A DNA stretch of 64,000 bases from Methanobacteriota archaeon (GTDB lineage: Archaea; Thermoplasmatota; Thermoplasmata; RBG-16-68-12): positions 13,169 to 77,168 of the forward strand of contig JAIBJG010000005.1 of assembly GCA_020029475.1 (NCBI GenBank), read 5' to 3'. A program made the position numbers and the translations under genes. Shown in pieces: positions 57,770 to 64,000 of this stretch. Under the pieces are notes generated by a model. That model made no database searches. It was not told where the DNA came from and saw only the letters and a program-made list of their open reading frames with translations. How positions within the stretch are numbered: the stretch's first letter is position 1; each line of letters begins with the position of its first letter.

Positions 57770-58071
57770 TTGCGGTCCTCCTTCATCTTGATCGCCGCGA
57801 TCTCGAGGAGGCCCTCTCCCGCCTTCCCACCAACCGCTACGCCGACGGCCCGCACGATCAGGTTCGCGAAGAAGCCGATGAAGATCCCGATCCCGTAGAA
57901 CCCGAGGAGGTCCACTTTGTACAGGAACGTAAGGAGGCCGACACCGAAGACGACGGCCATGAAGCCCGCGAACGCGCCCCACTGTACGCGGTACCGGCGC
58001 ACACCGAAAATCACAAGCCAGCCGAGGACCGCGCCGAGCAGTAGGATTCCGACCTGGTTGACGTCGACCAC
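57766..58071 (-). CDS. small integral membrane protein (3 TM, 101 aa)
   Basis: (M)VDVNQVGILLLGAVLGWLVIFGV...FAGFMAVVFGVGLLTFLY...GIGIFIGFFANLIVRAVGVAVG. High GC3; GTG start. Confidence 0.5.
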   Translation of the reverse strand: MVDVNQVGILLLGAVLGWLVIFGVRRYRVQWGAFAGFMAVVFGVGLLTFLYKVDLLGFYGIGIFIGFFANLIVRAVGVAVGGKAGEGLLEIAAIKMKEDRK

Positions 58072-58282
58072 CGCATCCGCTCCCGGAAGGGCGTAGCCTC
58101 TCGCCCCGCCAAGAACGCTTCGGTCGGAACCCGAATGACCCCCGAAGTCCGAAGGTCAACTTTCCGGAGGACATTATCAAGAATGTTTGAGAACGTCTTT
58201 ATATCAGCCCCGGTAAACCTACTCCGCAAACTCGTCCTGTCATGCGATTGACTCGATCGCGGAGGGAGGAGGGGGTACTTCG

Positions 58283-60724
58283 ATGAACATGGGGAGAATG
58301 GGGAATCTGGTACGGAGAGTCGTGAATCCGACGCTCCGAACGTTCGCCCTCGGGGCGCTGCTGCTGACCTCCTTGGTCGCGGTGGCGCTCACGACGCCGG
58401 GTCCGGCGCCGACGGTCCACTCGGGGCTGTTCGAGCTCGGGCCCAGCCAGGGGGCTGACATCGTGTGCGCCAGTCCCGATCCGCCACCGGATTGGGGCTG
58501 CATCTTCGATGGGAACGGGAACGTCGTGAACCTCCAGGGCGGGGTCGCCGCGGCGTTCGAAATGGACCAGCTTTCCGTCGCAGGTTCGACGGACTGGACG
58601 ACGTTCTCGGGGGCGGGGACGTCAAACAAGAACAACGATCCCGTGTCGTGTCCGACGTTCAGCGTAACGTCGTGCTGGCACTGGGACACGGGGAACGTCC
58701 CGGCGAAGGACGACTTCTCGAACGGGTACGCCTGGGCGACGATCAACCCTGCCAACGGGCACTTGATCGTGTACGCGGGGTTCGAGCGGATCACCTCGGA
58801 CGGGGACAGCCACGTGGACCTCGAGTTCTTCCAGCAGCAGGTCTCCCTCGACGAGTCGCCGCCGTGCAACGACCCGGGGGCCGACCCGACGCCGTGCAAC
58901 TTCATCGGGTCCCGGACCATCGGGGACGTAATCGTCTCGATGGACTTCACCGTAGGCGGGAGTCTCGGCAGTGTCTCCGTCCGGGAGTGGGCCGGGACCA
59001 CGTATTCCCTCGTGGGCTCGATCAGCGGGGAGGGCTGCAACGCGTTGGAGACCCTCTGCGGGTTCAACAACGGAGGAAACATCGATGGCGGGCCATGGCC
59101 GAACTACGAACGGCACGGCCAGGTCGTCACCCAGCTCCCGCAGAACGCGTTCACCGAGTTCGGCGCGGACGTCACCGCCCTCTCCGGCGGGACGGCGCCG
59201 TGCATCTCGACGTTCATGGGGAAGACCCGCAGCTCCCAGTCCTTCACGGCTGAGCTGAAGGACTTCGGACGGCCGGTGCCGTTCCCGATCTGCGGTGCGA
59301 GCATCCGGATCTTCCCGGACGCCGTGAACGAGGTCCGTGATCCGCACACGTTCACCGTCGCTGTGTTCCAGACGAACGGGGGCACCTCGACCCCCGCCCC
59401 GGACGGGACGCCGGTCACGGTGACCCTGACGAACTTTAACGGCGCGTTCGCGGTCGTCTCCGAAAACACGTGCGCGACGAACCCCGGGACGATTGGGGGG
59501 CAGTGCCACGTCACGTTCACGTCGTCGAGCGCGGGCGTCGTCACGGGCCATGCGGCCGCGGACCTGTCGATCGGAAGCCTGACGTTCCACGTGGAGACGG
59601 ACGGCCAGGGAAGCAACTCTCTCGATGCAGTGAAGCGGTTCGTGGACGGTGCAATCACGATCGGTCCGCCCTTCGACACGAACAGCATCGAGGAAACCCA
59701 CACCTTCACCGTCCATGTGCGGCAGAACAGCGGGGACGGCGCGGGCTTCGTGGACGTCCCGGACGGAACGGCCGTCACGGTGACCCTGACCCCGGATGAC
59801 GGTGCGACGCTCGACGAGGTCGTCGACGCCTGCGCGTCGCCGGGGACGATCGGGGGCGCGTGCGTGGTCACGTTCACGTCCACGACCCCGGGTACCGTGA
59901 CAGGCCACGCGTCCGCCACGTTCATCGTGCTCGGCGTCTCGATCCACCGGGAGACGAACGGCGCGATCCCGAACAGCGGGGACGCCGTGAAGGTGTTTAT
60001 CGCCGGATCCCTCCGGTGGTCGAAGGTCGACAATGCGGGCAGGCTCCTTGCCGGCGCCACGTTCGCCGTCTGCAGAATCGCGAACTACAACAGCGGGACG
60101 GGAAGCTTCGATCCGATCACGCCCGTCTGCGTGAGCGTGCTCGACAACTACGCCCCCGACACGGATCCGGACGGAGGCGAGTTCCTCCTCGTGACACTGG
60201 TGCTCGGCCGGTACACGGTCCACGAGACCGCGGCCCCACCGGGGTATGCGCTGGACCCGAAGACGGAGACCGTGGACCTCTCGCAGGCGAGTCCGGACGG
60301 CGTCGTCACCTCCGCGTTCGCGAACAACCGCCCCATCGTGAAAATCACCGCGTTCGGGTACACGAACGAGGCGAGCGGGACCCCGACGGACGGCGTCGTC
60401 ACCGGCCACACGGTCTTCACGTTCAGCGTGAAGAACTACGGCGGTGCGGGCGCGGTCCTCACCGGCGGGCTCGTGATCACCTTCTCGGGGAGCCCGGGGT
60501 CGTTCGCATGCTCGGGGCCAGGCGGGGCGTGCGCCGTGGACCTGACGGGGATTGGGATCGCGGCCGGCCAGGAGCTCACGTTCTCGATCTCGTTGGACTA
60601 CACGAACGCGCCCAGTGGGACGTCCGTGACCGCGAGCCTGAACGTCGGGTACGTCCTGAACGGGCTCGAACGAATCGCCTCCGGGTCGCCCGCGATGATC
60701 ATGTTCACGATCCAGGGCGGGTGA
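58283..60724 (+). CDS. secreted protein with Cna-B/SpaA-type prealbumin-fold (SdrD-B-like) domain(s)
   Basis: Signal peptide. Two ~100-aa repeats (...TFTVAVFQTNGG...VTVTLT...CHVTFTSSSAGVVTGHAAA / ...TFTVHVRQNSGD...VTVTLT...CVVTFTSTTPGTVTGHASA) and a segment GATFAVCRIANY...GRYTVHETAAPPGYALDPKTETVDL typical of Cna-B/SpaA domains. A purine-rich run precedes the ATG. Confidence 0.7.
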   Translation: MNMGRMGNLVRRVVNPTLRTFALGALLLTSLVAVALTTPGPAPTVHSGLFELGPSQGADIVCASPDPPPDWGCIFDGNGNVVNLQGGVAAAFEMDQLSVAGSTDWTTFSGAGTSNKNNDPVSCPTFSVTSCWHWDTGNVPAKDDFSNGYAWATINPANGHLIVYAGFERITSDGDSHVDLEFFQQQVSLDESPPCNDPGADPTPCNFIGSRTIGDVIVSMDFTVGGSLGSVSVREWAGTTYSLVGSISGEGCNALETLCGFNNGGNIDGGPWPNYERHGQVVTQLPQNAFTEFGADVTALSGGTAPCISTFMGKTRSSQSFTAELKDFGRPVPFPICGASIRIFPDAVNEVRDPHTFTVAVFQTNGGTSTPAPDGTPVTVTLTNFNGAFAVVSENTCATNPGTIGGQCHVTFTSSSAGVVTGHAAADLSIGSLTFHVETDGQGSNSLDAVKRFVDGAITIGPPFDTNSIEETHTFTVHVRQNSGDGAGFVDVPDGTAVTVTLTPDDGATLDEVVDACASPGTIGGACVVTFTSTTPGTVTGHASATFIVLGVSIHRETNGAIPNSGDAVKVFIAGSLRWSKVDNAGRLLAGATFAVCRIANYNSGTGSFDPITPVCVSVLDNYAPDTDPDGGEFLLVTLVLGRYTVHETAAPPGYALDPKTETVDLSQASPDGVVTSAFANNRPIVKITAFGYTNEASGTPTDGVVTGHTVFTFSVKNYGGAGAVLTGGLVITFSGSPGSFACSGPGGACAVDLTGIGIAAGQELTFSISLDYTNAPSGTSVTASLNVGYVLNGLERIASGSPAMIMFTIQGG

Positions 60725-60820
60725 ACCGAGTCAAGGGCGTGGGAGACCACGCCCTCTTTTCCATTTTCTGTCTCCCAGCGACGGGCAAGTCTCATACGCC
60801 GTTCCGCCTTAGCCGCGGCG

Positions 60821-61771
60821 ATGCGGTGTGCGCGATGCCCAACGCCCGCGGTCACTCTCGTTCGCTATAGCGGGCAGCACCTCTGTGCCGGCCACTTCCG
60901 TGAGTTCGTGGAGCGGCGAGTGAAGCGCGAGGTCCATCGGCAGGTCGAGTTCCGTGGCGGCGAGCGGGTCGCGGTCGGTCTCTCCGGTGGGAAGGACAGC
61001 AGCACGACGGCGGTCCTGCTCCACGAGATCCTCGCGCCTCGGGGGGACGTCGAGGTGCTCGCAATCACCGTGGACGAAGGGATCGCATCGTATCGCCCCG
61101 AGGGAATCCGATTCGCGAAAGCCCTCTGCCGAGGACTGGGGATCGAACACCGCGTCGTTCCCTTCGAGGAGACCGTCGGGTGGACGATGGACGAGGTTGT
61201 CGCCGCGGAACCCGGGGCAATCCCCTGCAGCTACTGTGGCGTGTTCCGCCGGAACGCGTTGAACCGTGCGGCCCGCGAGGCGGGCGCGGACTACGTCGCA
61301 ACGGGCCTGAACCTCGACGACACCGCGCAGTCGATCCTGATGAACGTCGCCCGCGGAGACGTGGACAAGCTCGCGCGCCTCGGGCCCCACGAACGGCCCC
61401 AGCCGGGACTCGTCCCTCGCCTCCAACCGCTTCGCATGGTCCCGGAGAAGGAGGTGTACCTGTACGCGATGCTCCGTGGGATCAAGTTCCACGACGGCAC
61501 CTGCCCGCACTCAGAGCGGGCGCAGCGGGGCCGGTTCCGGGAGATCCTGAACCGCCTCGAGGCGGATTCCCCCGGCACTCGCCACGCGATCGTTTCCGGG
61601 TACGACCGGCTGAGGCCCCTGTTCGCCACCCACTTCCCGCCCCCCGAGCTGAGCGAGTGCGTCGCGTGCGGGGAGCCCACCGTGAACTTGACGTGCAAGG
61701 CGTGTGAACTCCAAGTCAGGCTCAGCACCCCCCGAGGACGGGTGGACCGCGAGCCGGAGACCGTGCGCTGA
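60821..61771 (+). CDS. tRNA 2-thiolation PP-loop ATPase, TtuA/NcsA (Ncs6/Ctu1) family
   Basis: N-terminal zinc finger CARC...CAGH, PP-loop SGGKDS, central CSYCGVFRR, C-terminal CVACGEPTVNLTCKAC. Confidence 0.85.
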   Translation: MRCARCPTPAVTLVRYSGQHLCAGHFREFVERRVKREVHRQVEFRGGERVAVGLSGGKDSSTTAVLLHEILAPRGDVEVLAITVDEGIASYRPEGIRFAKALCRGLGIEHRVVPFEETVGWTMDEVVAAEPGAIPCSYCGVFRRNALNRAAREAGADYVATGLNLDDTAQSILMNVARGDVDKLARLGPHERPQPGLVPRLQPLRMVPEKEVYLYAMLRGIKFHDGTCPHSERAQRGRFREILNRLEADSPGTRHAIVSGYDRLRPLFATHFPPPELSECVACGEPTVNLTCKACELQVRLSTPRGRVDREPETVR

Positions 61772-61783
61772 TTGCGTGAACTC

Positions 61784-63082
61784 CTATGCGGGGACGTGGA
61801 TCGTCGCGTCCCGTGCGCGCCCCACGGACACGATCCGGATTGGCGCGCGCATCTCCTTCGAGATCCGGTCCAGGTACGTCTTCAGTTCTTTCGGCAAAGC
61901 GTCAAACCCCTTCCTCGCGAGGCTCGACCACTCCTCATCCGTGAGGTTCGGCCAGCCGTCGAACTCCTCGTACACGGGCTTCACCTTCGAGAGGAGGCGC
62001 ATATCCGCGGGGAACTCCTCGATCCGCTCATCCGTGAACGTGTACGCGGTGCACACCTTGATCGTCTTCAGGGTGTCGAGGACGTCGAGCTTCGTCACCG
62101 CGATCCCCGTGAGCCCGTTCACGCGGGCGGCGAGGCGGAGCATCACGAGATCGAGCCATCCCACCCGCCGTGGCCGTTGCGTCGTGGTCCCGTACTCCCC
62201 GCCGCCGCGCTCCCTCAGCATGTCCGCGGTCTTGTCGTGGATCTCCGTGGGCAGCGGGCCCGTGCCCACGCGGCTCGTGAACGCCTTCACGACCCCGATC
62301 ACCTCCGTGATCGCCTGGGGCCCCACGCCGGACCCGATCGACGCCATCGCGGCGGCGCAGTTCGAGCTCACGCCATACGGGTAGATGCCGAAGTCCACGT
62401 CGAGCAGCGTCCCGTGCGCGCCCTCGAAGAGGATCCGCTTCCCCGCCCGGACCTCCTGGTCCAGGAGGAGGGACGTGTCTGTGACGTACTTCCCGAGCTT
62501 CTCGCCGTACCCGGCGTACTCCTTGAAGATCGCCTTCGGGTCCAGGACCTCGTGGCTCCCGTACGCGGTGAGGAGGCGCTGCTTGATTGGGACGATCGTC
62601 TCGAGCTTGTCCTGGAGGACCGCGGGGTCCATCAGGTCCGACATCCGGATCCCGAACCTCCCGACCTTGTCCTCGTACACGGGGCCGATCCCGCGCCCCG
62701 TCGTCCCCGCCTTCATCTTCCCCTTAAGGTCCTCCTCGATCCGGTCCTGGACCTTGTGGTACGGCATCACGACGTGGGCCCTGTCGCTGATTCGCAGGTT
62801 GTCCGGGTGATGGCCCCGCATCCGAAGGTTCTCGAGTTCCTGGAGGAGCGTGGCGGGCTCAACGACGACCCCGTTCCCGATCACGTTCATCGTGGCGGGG
62901 CGCAGGATCCCGGAGGGGACCAGGTGGAACGCATACTTCTCCGCCCCGACGAGCACCGTGTGGCCTGCGTTCGCTCCTCCGTGGAACCGCACGACGACAT
63001 CGGCGTGCTCGGCGAGGTAGTCGATTACCTTGCCCTTCCCCTCGTCTCCGAATTGACACCCCAGAACTACGGTCCCCGGCAT
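61784..63082 (-). CDS. purA: adenylosuccinate synthetase
   Basis: Start at MPGTVVLGCQFGDEGKGK (P-loop). GHTV, TTGRGIGPVYEDK, GWLDLV are canonical PurA motifs. Confidence 0.9.
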   Translation of the reverse strand: MPGTVVLGCQFGDEGKGKVIDYLAEHADVVVRFHGGANAGHTVLVGAEKYAFHLVPSGILRPATMNVIGNGVVVEPATLLQELENLRMRGHHPDNLRISDRAHVVMPYHKVQDRIEEDLKGKMKAGTTGRGIGPVYEDKVGRFGIRMSDLMDPAVLQDKLETIVPIKQRLLTAYGSHEVLDPKAIFKEYAGYGEKLGKYVTDTSLLLDQEVRAGKRILFEGAHGTLLDVDFGIYPYGVSSNCAAAMASIGSGVGPQAITEVIGVVKAFTSRVGTGPLPTEIHDKTADMLRERGGGEYGTTTQRPRRVGWLDLVMLRLAARVNGLTGIAVTKLDVLDTLKTIKVCTAYTFTDERIEEFPADMRLLSKVKPVYEEFDGWPNLTDEEWSSLARKGFDALPKELKTYLDRISKEMRAPIRIVSVGRARDATIHVPA

Positions 63083-63220
63083 CCGGGCGTGCGAACATCC
63101 CACCGCACAAATAGTTGTTCCTTACACTCCCTGTCGAAGGCCTAGCGGCTCGATGGGAACCCCTATATACTCCGCTCCGGATTCGACGGCGACCTCCACC
63201 CGGGGGCTCGCGGGGAGAGG

Positions 63221-63940
63221 GTGTCCACGGAGGATAGCGCACGCATTCCTACGTACATCTCGGGGCTCGATGAGCGCTTGGGCGGGGGCGTCCCGAGGGG
63301 GCACATCGTCCTCGTCGCGGGACCCGCCGGGAGCCTGAAGTCCACCCTCGTGTACCGGATCCTCTGGCACGCCGCGGTGGACCGTGGCCTTTCCGGCCTG
63401 TATCTCTCCATGGAGCAGTCCCGGAAGAGCCTGATGGCGCAGATGTCCGCCTTCGGGATGGAGGCGTCCCGGGCGAAGACCCTGAACGTGATCGACGTCC
63501 GCGGGCTGCGGCGGGAGCTCGAGACGAACTCGATGCAGCCCCACTGGCTCCTCGGTCTGCGGGAGCAGCTCACGCGGTACAAGGCGGAGCTCGGGTGCGA
63601 CCTCCTCGGCGTGGACTCCCTCGACGCGCTGTACGCCCTCACCCCGTTCGAGAACCCGAGGAACGAGATCTTCCAGTTCCTCGAGGAGATCCGGGACCTC
63701 GACGCGACCGTGTTCCTCGTCTCCGAGATGCCCGCGGACCGCCGCACGTTCGGCGCGTACAACGTGGAGGAGTTCCTCGCGGACGGGATCCTCCACCTCC
63801 GGATCAAGGAAGTCGAGGTCGGACTCACGACGAGCGTCCGCCGGTTCGTCGCGGTCCTGAAGATGCGGGGGATCGAGCATGACATGGACTACTATCCGCT
63901 CCTCGTCCAGAAGGGACGGTTCGAGATCGTCACGGACTAG
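63221..63940 (+). CDS. KaiC-like/RecA-superfamily single-domain ATPase (archaeal KaiC/RadA-paralog type)
   Basis: 239 aa, IPTYISGLDERLGGGVPRGHIVLVAGPAGSLKSTL (Walker A variant), DLLGVDSLD (Walker B). GTG start. Confidence 0.7.
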   Translation: MSTEDSARIPTYISGLDERLGGGVPRGHIVLVAGPAGSLKSTLVYRILWHAAVDRGLSGLYLSMEQSRKSLMAQMSAFGMEASRAKTLNVIDVRGLRRELETNSMQPHWLLGLREQLTRYKAELGCDLLGVDSLDALYALTPFENPRNEIFQFLEEIRDLDATVFLVSEMPADRRTFGAYNVEEFLADGILHLRIKEVEVGLTTSVRRFVAVLKMRGIEHDMDYYPLLVQKGRFEIVTD

Positions 63941-64000
63941 CCTGGCGGGTCCATGACCCTCTGGGGCGTCGCGTCCGCGGCGAGCCTCATCGCGACGACC

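Noticed and set aside
63953-64000. Start of another ORF (MTLWGVASAASLIATT...) at the window edge
   Set aside because: Only 16 codons visible; cannot be assessed.

Overview
This 64 kb window is a high-GC (roughly two-thirds G+C) archaeal chromosomal segment. The archaeal assignment rests on an aEF-1alpha C-terminus followed by archaeal S10, plus Kae1, the RFC small subunit, an archaeal-type GluRS and a KaiC-like ATPase. The lineage is not certain; a Thermoplasmatota-like organism is only an inference. I can support about 55 protein-coding genes and three tRNAs: tRNA-Ala(UGC) with the G3:U70 identity pair, tRNA-Val(GAC) and tRNA-Gly(GCC). I found no rRNA, CRISPR array, IS element or prophage. 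Housekeeping content includes a two-subunit 2-oxoacid:ferredoxin oxidoreductase, a gluconeogenic cluster (LacD-type class I aldolase, class I FBPase and TIM, interrupted by a large secreted BNR/sialidase-like gene), GluRS, PurA, Kae1, RFC, TtuA/NcsA, ThiL, P5C dehydrogenase, two aminotransferases, UbiD and endonuclease III. Surface and secreted proteins are unusually dense, and most are anchored by a C-terminal TM helix with a basic tail. The most interesting items are listed below.
- A 353-aa intein splits the CxxxCxxC radical-SAM motif of an AmrS-like enzyme. Its endonuclease module looks Vsr/DUF559-like (PD-(D/E)xK) with a zinc finger, not LAGLIDADG or HNH.
- A secreted lamin-tail-domain/PLD-family protein lies 1 nt upstream of a Cas4-family Fe-S nuclease. 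That nuclease has four TM helices inserted between its N-terminal Cys and its RecB core, and it sits outside any CRISPR context.
- A multi-Ig-domain surface protein ends in a cytoplasmic C-terminal zinc ribbon and lies downstream of a wHTH-STAND NTPase-TPR regulator.
- A 1491-aa surface giant combines DNRLRE, FG-GAP propeller and tandem ~95-aa VNDPP repeats with a cytoplasmic alpha/beta tail.
- A GT2 glycosyltransferase gene is frameshifted at a G4 homopolymer.
- A VapBC pair and several small zinc-ribbon ORFs are present; the ORF track missed one of the zinc-ribbon ORFs.
- Several gene pairs overlap as GTGA or TAATG, which suggests translational coupling.
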